Shown: positions 1 to 29,191 of the stretch, piece by piece
Position numbering within the stretch: the first letter of the stretch is position 1
Layout of the letters: each line of letters starts with the position of its first letter
DNA from: the human T2T-CHM13v2.0 reference genome, Homo sapiens
Strand: one strand, 5' to 3'
DNA: 64,000 nt
Assembly (NCBI RefSeq): GCF_009914755.1
Contig: NC_060925.1
The notes under the pieces: generated by a model
Databases searched by the model: none
The model's input: only the letters and a program-made list of their open reading frames with translations
Told to the model about the DNA's origin: nothing
Made by a program: the position numbers and the translations under genes

Positions 1-165
1 TCATGGTGGACAGGATCCTGGGGGGAAGAGAGACATGGTCAGGTGGAGAGGTTGGGGGCGGATTGCCATCACCCTCACCATGTTGCCTACTTGAGTCTCA
101 GAAACAACTCTCTTTTCCTTCCCTTTGTGCTCCTGCAGAGAATATCATTCCATCTTACATCTTAT

Positions 166-872
166 TGTTAGTAGTGGCAAATCCGTACAGGTCTGCAGCA
201 ACCTCGATTCTTGCCTCCTCAGAAGAAAGATTTTGACTGAGGGGAATAAGGCAGAGAAAGAGACTGAAGCAAGTTTTAGAGCAGGAGTGAAAGTTTATTA
301 AAAAGTATTAGAGCAGAAATGAAAGGAAGTAAACTACACTTGGAAGAGGGCCAAGCGGATGACTTGAGAGGTTAGAGTGAATGGTTTGACTTTTGACTTG
401 GGGTTTTATATGTTGTCATGTTTCCGAGGTCTTGCATTACCTCTCCCCTGATTCTTCCTTCAGGGTGGGCTGTCCGCATGAGCAGTGGCCTGCCAGTACT
501 TGCGAGAGGCCGCATGCACAGTGTGTTTACTGGAGTTGTGCAAATGCTCACTTGAGGCGTTCTTCCCTTACCAGTTGAGTATTCCTAGAGGAAGGTCATA
601 TACCAGTTAAACTCTGCCATTTTGCCTTTTAGCGTGCATGCTTGGGCCCACTCGCCCAACTCCTGAGATCTTATTGGGAAGCTGCTGATCACCAAATTTT
701 GATGTTTTCTATCTACTGGGAGATTGCCTTTCCCTGGTGCCAGCTGCGACAAATTATTATTTTAGAGAGATAGTCAACAACCGCCTGACCATCACCTCAT
801 GGTCACCTGGCATTCCTGGTTTGGGGGCCCACTCCTGCCCTGCTCATGTCTGCGTAACTACCTACTGTAACA
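166..872 (-). mobile_element. ERV1 solo LTR, MER50-like
   Basis: TG...CA termini; reverse complement begins TGTTACAGTAGGTAG...CATGAGCAGGGCAGGAG; flanks ttat/tcat. Confidence 0.7.
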
Positions 873-1074
873 TCATGTTTTATTTAAAGAGATAGATGCA
901 CAAAGTGTATATATGTGTAGGTGCCCACATGTCTATTTAACTGTATGTACTAAATTAACATCTGTCCCCAAACTGATCTCTGCTGAACAGAGCCAATCAA
1001 ACTTGGTTCCCTTGTTGAGCTTGCACTCTTGGTATTACATACGGACTAGGGGAGAGGGCCAGCCTCAGCACTGA

Positions 1075-1639
1075 TGTTACAGTCTCACCAATGCACCACA
1101 AAGTAGCAGTCTCTCACTGTGAGTTATCACCTGGAGTTCTTTTTCTCACAACTAAGAGAATTAGGGAGAGTGAGCACAAAGGGTGAAGTTGGAGCGAAAG
1201 TTTAATAAAAGAAAGGAGAAAGCTCTTGGCTGCGGAGAGGGGACCCAGAAAAGGGTTACCATTTTTACAGTTGAATGCAAAGGTTTTTACAGGAAACCAA
1301 TAAGGGCTGGGGATCTCATTTGCATAGGTACGAATTTCTGGTAGCTCTACCTTGTTCTTCTAATGCACATGTGGGCCCTTAGCTTGAGTTACTCCGTATT
1401 GCTTTGTTCCCCTTACTGTGCATGTGTCAGGGGATGGAATTGTCCGTTGTGGGCATGTCTGGGCAAGCCACCTGTATAGCCTTTCTTATCTGTGTGGCTG
1501 TGGGCATGTCTTAGGCAAGCCCCCCTGTGCAAATTCCTTTATCTGTGCCTGCAGCTTCATTTTTCAGGCTGTTCTTTTGTTTGAAAGAGAACCCACCCTA
1601 ACTACCTGCCTGACCAGTTTCTTCCTTTCTCCTCCCTCA
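1075..1639 (-). mobile_element. ERV1 LTR, MER83/MER61-like
   Basis: Reverse complement begins TGAGGGAGGAGAAAGGAAGAAACTGGTCAGGCAGG; TG..CA ends. Confidence 0.55.
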
Positions 1640-1847
1640 CTAGGAGATGCTCTTATCAGACTTTCCTAAGTGTCAAAAAAAAAAAAAAAAAAAGCCACAG
1701 TCTACTCCATCTTTTCTCCACTTCTTTGTTCACTTATCATCTTACTCTAAGAAGTCTTTATGTAGCTATCATTTCCTGAGCGTCACACTGCTTGGTTCTG
1801 GGAATCAAACCACACAAAACTGAACTCAGCTCATAGGACATACCATC

Positions 1848-2464
1848 TGTAACCCAAAAATAAAATTCTAACCCCCGCCGCCGCCGACCATCTGAATGGA
1901 CCCCTTTTCTCAGCAAGGGCATTCCAAGAGTTACCTGAGGGACTGGTTCAGGCCATGATGGGGGGTGGAGTGTGGACATGCCTCATCGTACACGCCTCCC
2001 TCTCAGAACAGACTCTGAAAGTTTGATGAGAAACAGTTACAGTCAATTCTTTCTGAAGCCTGCTACCTGAAAGCTTCATCTGAATGGTAAGACTTCGGTT
2101 TCCACAACCCCTTATTGTAACCCAGACATTCCTTTCTATTAATTCCAGGTCTTTAGATAATAACTATTTCAACCAATTGTGAATCAGAAAAATTTAAACC
2201 TGCTTATAACCTGGAAGCCCCCATTGCAATCCCCCCACTTCAAGTTGTTCCCCCTTTTCAGACCAAACCAAGTACATCTTACATGTATTTGATTGATGTC
2301 TCATGTCTCCCTAAAATGTGTAAAACTAGGCTTTGCCCTGATCACCCTGGACACATGTTCTCAGGATCTCCTGAGGGCTGTGTCACAGGCCATTGGTCAC
2401 TCATATTTGGCTCAGAATAAATCTCTTCAAATATTTTACAGAGTTTGACTCTTTTCCATCGACA
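1848..2464 (+). mobile_element. MER4-family ERV1 solo LTR
   Basis: TGTAACCCAAAAATAAAATTCTAA...GAGTTTGACTCTTTT..GACA; homologous to 24531-25151. Confidence 0.8.
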
Positions 2465-2807
2465 TGTTTCAGCCCTTTGAGTTTTCACAACCAACGTAAT
2501 TTGCAGGGTACTTGCAAACACCAACAGATATTTTAGATATAAAAATGCTTTAAATAATTGGATTATTTGAGCTAATATTATTGCCATATACTCCAAAGGT
2601 AAAACAGAGCTCACTAGTGTCCTTGCAACTGACAAGAAGCAGAATATAGTGGTAATCAGCACCCGATGGGATGCCTGAGAGATGTGAGGTCTGAGCAGCC
2701 ATCACGTTGTAGAGTTGTAGAGAACGTGAGAAACCATGGGCACCAAGTTCCCAGGGTGAATGGGGCTGTGCAATCACTGCTTCATTTTGCTTTTGCTTTC
2801 TTCCCCA

Positions 2808-2812
<5 letters not shown>

Positions 2813-2845
<33 letters not shown>
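2813..2845. repeat. (CT)n microsatellite
   Basis: Seen directly. Confidence 0.9.
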
Positions 2846-2850
<5 letters not shown>

Positions 2851-3614
2851 GTGACACAAAGGAAACCAAATGCAAGTTGATACTTATTCTATAGGGCCCA
2901 GATACTAGTCTCCTTCTTCACAGGAAATGGAAAGTCTCAGTAAATCTCTCAACAGAGGCCTGTTTGCAGGAGGCCGGGGCCTAGGAGGTGGAGCTAAGTT
3001 TGTTTATCAGCTTGTTCTGGGGACAGAGGTGGAACCATCACCCACAACCAGAGGAAACTGTCTGGTTCCCCAAGGTCATTATGGGACTTCCTGCCAGAGC
3101 ACCTGATGGAACAGTTCATGACTGAGGTGGGCCCTCACCTTAAACTCTTTCCGTAGACAGAAGTGGGGGATGAGAGAATTCGTAAATGACCAACTAACCA
3201 CCTCTCAGGTCAAATCTGAACTCCCTGGTGACTTGAGGGAGGTTTTGTGCAGAAAAAGCACCAGGCCTGCCAGGCCTGCAATGCAGTCAGAAATTGCTGC
3301 ATGTAAATCCTGGCCCTGCCATTTGAAAGTTGCTCAACTTTTTCCCTGTAAAATGGGGAAGGCTATAATGTGCACTATACCCCGGTGATAAGGGTTATGT
3401 AACTTCCTCTCCTATCCATTTTCATTTCTCCCCTTTCCTTCCCAGTTCCCAAGATCCCATTATCCTTCCTCTTACACTGACAGCCAAAACTTAAAATTCT
3501 GCTTGCTTTATTTTGCAGAGCAATTTAGTTTTCTTTGTTTCATTTTTTCCTTTCAAGACAAGATTCTGGGAACTAATTTTTCAGAATTAAACAACCACAC
3601 AAATGTTTTGCTAA

Positions 3615-3638
3615 CACACACACACACACACACACACG
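3615..3638. repeat. (CA)n microsatellite
   Basis: Seen directly. Confidence 0.9.
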
Positions 3639-4009
3639 AGTCCCCCAAAAGGACTTCTGCCTCCAGCTTTAAAACACGTGCATTTTCTTTTCTCACTGTA
3701 TTAGTTTTTCAGTCGATACTTCCCTTGTTTCTCCAGAGAACCTAAAATGAGCAAGACCACCAAGCTGGTCCACCATCCTCTACATGGACTTCGAGAGTCC
3801 CCAGAACACTGCTTTTTATGGCCATTTGTATAATCTGAAATGGTGCCCCCTCCATGCCCCTCCCATGTCTTTCAATCAGCTTATTTGTAAAGTCTTCCAT
3901 AATCATAGTGCCATTATGCCGATATCTTATAAAAACATGTTTATTATATACACCTGCCAAACATGGGCAGCAGGTATTTTGCAATAAAAGTGAAAAAAGC
4001 AATCAACAG

Positions 4010-4590
4010 TTGAAATTGTTCATCACTAGCCCAACATCTTTCCTATCACATGCCCCTTCTTCTCTGCTAATAGAACCCCTATTTGCTAGGTATCGGTAGA
4101 AATCCTTTGACTTTAAAGAGAGGAGGCCTCCTACCCTCACCATAATGCATGAATTGTAATTCACCTAAACCACACATAGTAATTTCATTCTCTTATAATT
4201 GGTCATGTGACCCAATGAGCTATGAGGGGAAGTTTGCTGAATGTAGTGCCCAGGAAAGCTTTTGCTTTCTGGGCAAAAAAGGACAGACTCAACTGGTAGG
4301 GTCCCTTTTGCTCCTCCGCCATTTCTTCTTTCCTGTAATACTGACATTATGCATGGAAATACTGCAGCAATCTTGGAACCATGAAGCACAAGGAAAAGAA
4401 CAAAGAAGCAATCTATGAAACTATGGCTTAGCAGAAAGATAGCAAGAACCTGGGATAGTTGACAACTTTGAGTAGCTGACCAGCCTTGGTCTTACCAGTT
4501 ATGTGAAACGGCTAAGCCCTCATTTGTTTATGTCACTGTAGCTGGGTTTCCTGTTATTTATACTTAAATGCAGTCCTAATAGGTACATAG
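4010..4590 (+). mobile_element. Old MaLR LTR (MLT1-type), degraded
   Basis: Motifs GGTCATGTGACCCAATGAG and GCAGCAATCTTG; boundaries approximate. Confidence 0.45.
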
Positions 4591-5168
4591 TGCATCCTCT
4601 CAAAAATGGTTAAAGGCTCATTATATACACCTTTGCGTCAGCCTTGATTCCACATCTAGTGCATGAGCAAGTCCTGTCTGCTCTACCATCAAAAGTGTAT
4701 CCCAGATTTCAACTATTTAGTACTTCCCACCACCCCCACTGCCATTAACCTGGCTGAAGCCACCATCATCTCTCACTCGTAATGCAGCATTCTCTTAATG
4801 GGCCACTTGAGTCTACTCTTTTCTTCCTTCAGTCTTTTCTCAACATGGCAGCCAGAATGATTCCATTAAAATGTAAATCAGATGGTATCATTTCTCTTAT
4901 AAAAGCTCTCCAATGGTGCCTCTGTTACGCAGATTAGAAGCCAAGGTCCTTAAAATGGACTATGGGGCACCTACCTGATTGGGCTCCTCTCTGTTTTTTT
5001 CATTTGTTTTGCTTTTTTTTGTTTGTTTGTTTGTTTTGGTTAGATACTTTCTATTACTGTCTTCAAGTTTGCTTGTTCTTTTGCAGGATCTAATCTATTA
5101 AGCTCACTCAGTGAATTTTTAAATTTTAAATCTCATATTTTTTCAGCTTTTCTTCACTTTTTGTTTAA

Positions 5169-5526
<358 letters not shown>

Positions 5527-5760
5527 TTTTGAACATACTTATAATAGCTGCTTTAAAGGTCTTGTATATTAATATCTGTCATTTCTAGATCTGTTTCTAT
5601 TGACACATTTTTCTCCTGGTTATAAGTCACATTTCCTGTTTTTTGGTATATCTAGTGATTTTTTTTTTAATTGGATGCTTGACATTATAAATGTTATGTT
5701 GCTGTTGAATGTTTAGATTTTGTGGCCAGGAAGTCAATTTATTTGGAGATTGACAAGAGC

Positions 5761-6058
5761 TTTTTTTTTTTTTTTTAGACAAGGTCTTATTCTGTTGCCC
5801 AGGCTGGCGTGCAGTGGTGTGATCATAGCTCACAGTAGCTTCGACCTCCTGGGCACAAACAATCCTCCTGCCTTAGCCTCTCAAGTAGCTGGGACTACAG
5901 GTGTATGCCACTATGACCAAATAATTATTTAAATTTTTTTTTGTAAAGACAGAGTCTCTATGCCGCTGAGGCTGGTCACAGACTCCTGGCCTCCAGCAGT
6001 CCTCCCACCTCGGCCTCCCAAGGTGCTGGGATTACAAGTGTGAGCCACTGTGCCCCGC
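5761..6058 (-). mobile_element. AluJ
   Basis: Diverged antisense Alu with J-type GATCATAGCTCAC. Confidence 0.88.
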
Positions 6059-7382
6059 TCAACTTGAACATTTTGAAGCTTGTGTTTAAACTTTGTTAGA
6101 ACAAGTCTAGAGTCACCCTTACCATGGGGCTAGTGAGGCCCTTAACTAAAGTTTGACGCTTCTGAGGTTTCTATTAAATTTCCAGCTGCTCAAGAAGGAC
6201 TTTCCACTCTAGCCGGTCTTATCAAATGTCTCCCAGCCCAGTGCAAGCTTTAGTGGTTGTTCAGCTTCCAGATCTCTGGTGGTGCTTATTTCCTTGGTAC
6301 TTTTGGTTGTTGTTGTTTTTGCCCATTCTGCTGTAGTCTCACCCTCTGTATGAGAGCTTTGTATTCAGCCACAGATCTGAGAGAACCCCATGCAGGTTTC
6401 TGAAGCTCTTTTTCTGTACTGCTCCCTTATCTCTGGCATTCTATTGTGAAGTTTCCAAGCCTCTCAGCCTCTTCAAACTCCATTCTTTGTCTCAGTGGGA
6501 CTTGCATGCTCTCCATAGGCCCCCCTCCTTGTGTTGCAGTCTGCACAAGGCACAGTTGTGGGAGGGCTCACCTCATTTGTTTTCACAGCCCTGCATTGCA
6601 TGTTGCCTAATGTCTGAAAACAATCATTCTGTATATTTTATATCATATTCTAGTTTACCGTGTGAGAATTACTCAGTCGTTACTGGAGGAGGCCACAAAT
6701 ACTTATTAAACGTGTGAAGTATTTTAGTTTCCATGCTGGTTAGTAGGCTGTGAAGATGAGTTAGTGTGCATAGAGGAGGTAGAGGATGTGAAACTCAGGG
6801 TGGGTGGGTGAGGAGGAATTTGCCCAAGACAAAGCTATTGTTAGACCTAGGAGGAGAGGCCTGGTGCTTTGCATCCTCGGGCTGTGCTTTCACACACAAG
6901 CCACATCATCTCTTCCCTGGCTTAGCTGCTCTGAGCACTGCCTCCTCCTCAGTCGTCTCCTCCTCTTCAGTTATGTCTTCCAGCATTTGGGATGCTGACT
7001 TCTTCAGCCAAGCCCCCTCCAAGCCCTCCCCATACCCACATTCAGATAAAGTGGAAAGAGGTTTTCTATCCCAAGTGTATCAGATCATTTGGAAAGATCA
7101 AGACCCACTAGCTCCATCATGAGCCAGTGGATGAGCTTTCTGATTGTCCCTGCTTTGACTCCCACTTCCGATTTGCCCAAAGCCCCTCTCACCACCATGC
7201 AGCCTGCAATATGAGACCATGTCTGTGAAACCGTGCCATGAACAGCAACACTTAAGGAAATTGGATTATTTAATCAATAATTGGAGCAATAAGCATCTGC
7301 CTCGGTGTGCCAGGCCACAAGAGGCACAGGTAAAAGGCCTGTCTTCTCAAGAAGCACTTATTCTAGAGACTGGCTGCCCACT

Positions 7383-7752
7383 GTGGGGTTCAGTTAGCAG
7401 AAAACACCCTGCTGCCAGTGGTTTCAGGGTCTGCCTCAGGTGCAGATAAGGCAAAGGATCCCTTTGCCCAAGGTCATGACTTACCAGGGAAGCCCATCAC
7501 TTGTGGCTGAATGAGGAGGGCGTATAAAGACCCAGGCATTTTAGTCTGAAGTGAGGCAACTCTGATGGACGTCACTTCTTCTGAATCTCATGGCTAGGTT
7601 GGCTGAAGCTTTGTCGGAGCTGCATCCAAACTCAGCCTCTTCCTCTGCCCAATCTTGCTCCCTCTTTCCTTTCACAACAGATAATTTCTAATTAACAGCT
7701 TGTGCCCACACTTCAATTCCACACCTGCTTCTAGGGGGCCCAACTCGTGACA
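7383..7752 (+). mobile_element. ERVL LTR, LTR16-like
   Basis: TG..CA; internal TATAAAG; CCTCTGCCCAATC motif. Confidence 0.5.
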
Positions 7753-7911
7753 CAGGGAATGGCCGTGACCATGGGCTTTGGCAGCTACAGTCCAGTCCAC
7801 TTTCCCTGCAGACAGGGAAAGGTCAGGTCAGGCAGGGGATGATGACTCCACAGAAGAGTCACCCTGATACCACAGGCTTCAGCTTCTCAACACTTTTTAC
7901 CTCCCTTCTTT

Positions 7912-8210
7912 TTTTTTTTTTTTTTTTTTTGAGATAGAGTCTTGCTCTGTTGTCCAGGCTGGAGTGCAATTGCACAGTCTTGGCTCACTGCAGTCTCTGC
8001 CTCCTGAGTTCAAGTGATTCTCATGCTTCAGCCTCCTGAATAGCTGAGTTTACAGGCACCCTCTATGCCCAGCTAATTTTTGTATTTTTAGTAGAGCTGA
8101 GGTTTCACCATGTTGGCTAGGCTGGTCTTGAACTCCTGGCCTCAAGTGATCCACCCACTTCAGCCTGCCAAAGTGCTGGGATTACAGCCATGAGCCGCTG
8201 CACATGGCCA
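7912..8210 (-). mobile_element. AluS with TSD ACCTCCCTTCTTT
   Basis: TSD at 7899-7911 and 8211-8223. Confidence 0.92.
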
Positions 8211-11200
8211 ACCTCCCTTCTTTATCAATGTGACAGAAAGTTGAAATGAAGATGAATTACTGGGACATGAGATCAGATTATGTTTATTGAGTGTACACTC
8301 TGAGCCAGGTACTAAGCTAAGTCCTTCACTTGCATTATCACGTTTCATTCCCTCAAACAACCTCCCAGGGAGGTAATCTCATTATCCCCACTTTATAAAG
8401 CCCTTTGCCTCTGTCTTATGAGAGTTGGGGCAGGCCTGAGGGCAATGAGTGATGATCTCAGATGCCCTCCAGGGTCCTGGCCTGTCTTCTACAGCATGAA
8501 TCCCTGTGAGCAGCTTCATTCTCATTGCTGGCTCCTGCTTATCTCCTCTTTCTTCTCCTCCCTCCCCAGCTCTCAGTTCTGCAGATCTGGCAGCACTGCT
8601 CAGACCCTACCAGCAAATCCGAGGCACTTTCAATGCCCATCCCCCACCCTCAAAAATAGGAAGAGGAGAAACTCTCAGACCACATCCTGCATTTGAGCAA
8701 AGTTCCCACCAGTGGTTCAATGCAGGCAAACATTTATGCGACATCTTCCAACTCATAGCCAACCTAGCAACCACAAAAGCTGGGCTCCCAAGAGGTCACT
8801 CTTTCACTTATCAGCAATGGACTACCAGTGATCGACCTGCTGTGTGTGGGGGAAACTGGAAGTGTACAGATGAGTGATTCATTCATTTATTCTTATACTT
8901 TTTCACCTAACAGTGACTTACTGCGGTCTTATTTTGTTTGAAGCACAGGTCCTAAAGATGTGGTGGGTAGCAAGAAAGAGTCTTGATCTTATGTTCCACT
9001 TAGTGGAAGAAATAAGATTTACAGTCCATTATCAAACAATTTCGTAACAGTCCAGTCACATGCACACAAAGTCCAGAAGAATGTACAGGAGATTTGTAGT
9101 TTGGGATGGATCATAACATCTCACACATAAAGGGTCTCAGGTAAGGTGAGTATTGAGGTGGCTGCTGCAGTTCGTTTTCTTCCTCCCTGGTTCTGCACTG
9201 GGCCCAGGTCTTTCTATTTAGGCTCTCTGGGTGCCTCACAGACCCACTGCTCTCCCCAGGGAGCACATACCTCTCTCTGAACCTGCTACCTCTTCTCCCC
9301 CACGCCCCGTCCCAGTGGACACTTGGCCTCTTTAAACCTCCCTCCAGTGTCCTCCCTTATTGATGGCCACACTGAGCAAGTGTGGTCCATGTGTCCCATG
9401 CTGAGATATGCTAAAAGAGCCTGGCTCTTCCTCAGCCTTGAAGCACATTAAAGAAGTCCCTTTCTGTTACACCAGTTTTAGGCCTGAATCCGGCCCCAGA
9501 AAGCAAGATGGGACAGTGCCAAGCCTCAGGAATGCAAGCATGTTAGGGCAAACAAGAAAAATCCACTTTGCTGTATTTAGAACAGAGCATTTCTCCTTCC
9601 TTTATTTTTATTTTCATTTTTCCCTTTGATCTTCCCTGGTGTTCTCCCTCTGCATTCTCTTTTTTGGGTCATACTTATTTCTGCAGTGAACAAGGTTATG
9701 ACATCATCCCTCTGTCCCCACTCATCCTTCCAACCTTTCTGAGACAATCCCGGGGCCAAGAGGAGACTGAGAAGCTGGGGGAGGTAGGATCTTCCCAGGA
9801 CACCTGCCCAGCGCCAACTAGGTGTTGAGCTGCCTACCAACAACCACGAGAGGGCGCCCCTTCCCCATGCCTCTCCTGCGGAGGCTCCCTCGGGAGTCCA
9901 GGTTTGGGGTGGGTCAGAAGTGCTGCAGGCCCTGGACACAGGCTTGTATCTGGAAGGTGACAGTGCCTCTGCCTCATCACTGACTAATAGAAGGCCAACC
10001 TTCATTGTTATTTCCTCCCTGTGGCAGAACTGGGTTCTGAATTTCTCCTCAAGCAAATCCCCAAAGCATATTTTTAACCTAACCTTGGGTTAATAAGTAT
10101 AGTTTTTCCTATCTTTAGGGATTCAAGTTCTCCCTGGGGTTTGGAACAGAGCTAGATCCTGCCTTCACAGACCCCTGTAAATCAAGGTGAATCGAAAGTG
10201 GCATTTAAATCTGGCCTTATATGCCAAGAAATGGACTTCTTCATGCTTCCACCCCGCTGGTGATCTCGGTTCCCATGACACACCTACACTTTCATTAAGT
10301 CACCCTTGTTCCCACGTCTGCCATAGAGTTACGGAGTCCAACTCTGACACTTCACTAAGACTGGTCTCCTTGTGTGTTTCCTATTCTTCTCCTCCTGGCA
10401 ATGCCCAGATCCTCCTTCTAATCCCTTCTCAAAGCTTGCTTTCAGGAGGAAGCCAGCCGGGTCCCTACCAGGGCAGTGTGGCCCTTCTATTCTCTGCAGT
10501 CCTCCATTCTTTCTGTACCACTGTGGTGTTTGTGTTTAATTCTCTGCTCCTTTATCCTGCCTCTTACATATCTCTTTCCTGAGCTAGATGCAAAAGCTGT
10601 AAATGAAGATTGGCAGACATAAAAATATTTTTAAAATTATGTAATGAAAACAATATAAACATAATAGGAAGTAAAAAATGAAAAAATACAATAAATATGA
10701 TAATGGATTAATTTCTATAATACAGAGAGAATTCCTAAAAAGCCATACCAAAGAGATGGAGAATCCAATAGAAACGGCCAGGCAACTCAGAGAAGGAGAA
10801 AAAGTATTGGCCAATAAATATATACATTAAAAAGTTGCCCAACCTTTAGTTTTAACATAAATTAAAATAAGAAGGCATAATTTTAATATAAAAGATAGAC
10901 TGATAATACCCATTATTTATTGTTTACTAGAATGGGGGTAATAAGCATGCCTCATACGTAGTTGGAAGGAGTACACGTTAAAGCACAATTTGAAAAGTAG
11001 CATAAAAATAGTGTATGGATGTCTTTTATACAAAATCATCTCATTGCAGAATTATCTGTGACTGTGAAATTTGAAAATAACTGAAATGTCCATCAATGGG
11101 GGATGTAGTAATTTAAAATTGCATATAAATTGATATTCTCTATTTTGATTATGTGAAAGGATGCTTTGCCATAAATTGTTGAGGGTAGGGGAGAAAAAGA

Positions 11201-11406
11201 GAGAGAGAGTGTATGTGTGTGTATGTGTGTGTCAAGAAAGAGGAGAGAGAGAGAGAGAAGGGAGTTAGGGATGATGTATACCAAAATTGTTAACAGTAGT
11301 TTCTTTAGAGAATGAATAGGTACTTTCATTTTCTGCTTTATATATTTTAATATTCTTAGGGTTTTGCTACAATGTAAACTTGCTACAATTAAATTTTTTA
11401 AATTTC

Positions 11407-11696
<290 letters not shown>

Positions 11697-12723
11697 AATT
11701 TTTTAAATTTCAAGTTTGAGGAAAAAAGGAATAATTTGTTTACATGTTTGTCTCCCCCACTAAAAACATAAGTCAATAGAAAGCTGAAATCAAATTATAT
11801 TTGGTTCATATTTGGTTTACTGTATAAATTACATTTTTGCAGTGACTGACAGAGTAAACACTCCATTAATTTTTTAAATTACTTTTCTTTTATACATTTT
11901 AAGGGTGGATGCTTTATTTAGCACATACTTCATTCCCCCTAATGTTATATTTACCTGTATTTATACATTTGCCTTCCCAAGTAGAGTACAAGTTTCTTGA
12001 GGCAGATCAAATAGGGACTCTATAAGCTCTTATCAGTTCTTTACAAGGTGTAGATTTTCCATAAGTGTTTGCTGTATTTGTCAGATGCTGAAGGATTGAA
12101 AGCCATTTTTCCTCCTTGGGCTCCAACCCCCACACCCACATTATCTTCCTCTTCCATGGTGGGGTTTGAGTTTAGAACATACTAATGTCTCTTGTGACTT
12201 TGAAAGATTAGGAGTCTAGTAAGGAATGTCTCCAAGTTAGGTTCTCAGTTGGAATAGGCACTGGAGCAGATGAAGACCTTGCTTAGGAGAGAATCCACAG
12301 CTTAAGCCTGGAAGGAAACTTGTTTAAGAAAAAAATCTGCAAATAATTGCCATGACCTTGACCACGAAAGTCAAAATCTGATTGACTAAGCTTTCTCTTT
12401 TAGTCCTGGGGACAAGTTTATCATTTTCTAGAATTAAAATGTCAGGAGAAAAAAGATACATCTCTCCATCCACCAACATAATAAGGCGTAATGTCAGGAA
12501 AGCAGAGATAAAACATTAATGCCTTTCTTTACTGTACTCTCAGTGCCAATCTGGTCATCTGATTGAAGTACGGAGATAGACAACTGCAAAGCAATGCCAG
12601 CGAGAGCGAATGCACAGGCACACTGTGAAATGCTACATTTACCTTCTTCAGCAGGGCAGGAAATACCTACCAAAAGATGAAAAGATCTCAGTTCAAACTA
12701 ACAAAGAATACCATGAGTGCTTT

Positions 12724-12780
12724 CTTTTTCTTTTTTCTTTTTTTTTTTTAGATGGAGTCTCACTCTGTCACCCAGGCTGG
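12724..12780 (-). mobile_element. Ultra-truncated Alu 3' fragment with 14-bp TSD
   Basis: TSD ACCATGAGTGCTTT at 12710-12723 and 12781-12794. Confidence 0.85.
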
Positions 12781-12979
12781 ACCATGAGTGCTTTTTTAAA
12801 CCTCATTTTAAATCTGAAAGAAGAATGAATACATTGGTATGCATAAGAAGTTTAGTATGAACCCATACTGTGTTTTGTTATCAACAAAGAAACAAGAACA
12901 AAATTGGCACCCTTTCAGTAAGCTCAGCTGAGGTATTTTCACACTGAAGGTTCTGCAGGCTTCTGGAGCCCTTGAGAAC

Positions 12980-13330
12980 TGAGTAGGTAGGTTCAGGCAG
13001 CTGTAACAAAATACCACAGACTCGGTGGCATAACAACAAACGTCTATTTCTCACAGTTGGGAGGCTGGGAAGTTTAAAATCAAGCTGCACACAGATGAGG
13101 TGTCTGGTGATGGCCCTCTTCCTGATCTGCTGAAAGCCACCTACTTGCTGCATATTCCCATGGTAAACAGAGATCATCTCTTCTGTGTCTATTCTTGTAA
13201 GGGCACTAATCCCATTCATGAGGACTCTACCCTCATGATCTAATTACCCGCAATGCCCCTTCTCCATAGACCATCACACTGGGACTTAGGGCTTCAACAT
13301 GTACATTTTGGGTGACACCGAGGAGTCAGT
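12980..13330 (-). mobile_element. MaLR LTR (MLT1A-like)
   Basis: GCTGTAACAAAATACCACAGACT...AAGGGCACTAATCCCATTCATGAGG. Confidence 0.7.
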
Positions 13331-13483
13331 TATGAAAAAGGCACTGGGAGATAGGTAGGGAGATGTGCAAGGCCCTGAGGATCTGAGCCTTTGAGTCTGG
13401 AGTGCAAGTCCATTCTCACAGGTTAAGGCAGGATCCTGAACAAACATTTGTTGAGGTTTTTCTTTTTGTGTTTCACATAATTC

Positions 13484-13668
13484 TTTATTTTTATTTTTTA
13501 TTTTTTATTTTTTTGAGATAGAGTCTTGCTTTGCCCAGGATGGACTGCACTGGTGTGATCGCAGCTCACCATAGCCCCAACCTTTGGGGCTCACTCAGGT
13601 GATCCTCCCACCTCAGCCTCCCAAGCAGCTGGGATTATCAACATGTGCCACTACTCCTGGCCAATTTT
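13484..13668 (-). mobile_element. Alu monomer (FRAM/AluJ right arm)
   Basis: T-rich tail + single diverged arm. Confidence 0.7.
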
Positions 13669-13826
13669 TCCTTCGCATACTTCTTGTACTTGCACAGTGG
13701 AGACACAGACACCAATACATCACAATACACTGTGAAGGAATGAAAGGAAATAGAATGCACTGTAGGCAGAGGTGCCAGCTCGTCTCTGCTTGGGGGACAG
13801 TGGGAAGAGCTACAGAGAAGGTGTCA

Positions 13827-14158
<332 letters not shown>

Positions 14159-14389
14159 TAAGCAAGCCAGAGGTGGTGTGAACACAGAGAGAGGTGGGGG
14201 CAAGAAGAAGGAGACAGATTGGGATGATGAGGAAGGAGATTCAGGGCCGAGGGTGATACCAGGAGGCAGAGCCTGAGTATCACCTCCTTCCCTTCTCCAG
14301 GACCGGGTCCCTTTTAGGTGAGACTAGATGAAAAGGGCTCTTCAGCAGCTGACTTCACAGCAACTAATTTCTGACAGGTCAGAGTTGGC

Positions 14390-14503
14390 ATTGCTCAAAT
14401 CTGGGCTTCATTTCCAAGAAGTTTCACAAGTCTGCCAGGGGAAGTCCCTGGACTTCTTGCTTCTTTCGTGTAGGACAGGCTGTCGAAACCTCAGTGGATA
14501 AAA
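14390..14503 (+). promoter_or_regulatory. CHI3L2 proximal promoter: C/EBP-like, STAT GAS, NF-kB and TATA-like elements
   Basis: ATTGCTCAAA 14390-14399; TTCCAAGAA 14412-14420; GGGAAGTCCC 14439-14448; GATAAAA 14497-14503, 48 nt before the ATG. Confidence 0.6.
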
Positions 14504-14544
14504 GACCTAGAGAATGTGTATCCCAGAAGAAGCTGGCCAAGGAT

Positions 14545-29191
<14,647 letters not shown>

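Noticed and set aside
1088-1098. CCAATGCACCA matching the tRNA-Gly 3' end
   Set aside because: Only 11 nt, within an LTR margin; at most a primer-binding-site relic, not a tRNA gene
9577-10056. 159-aa minus-strand ORF
   Set aside because: No homology or exon signals recognised
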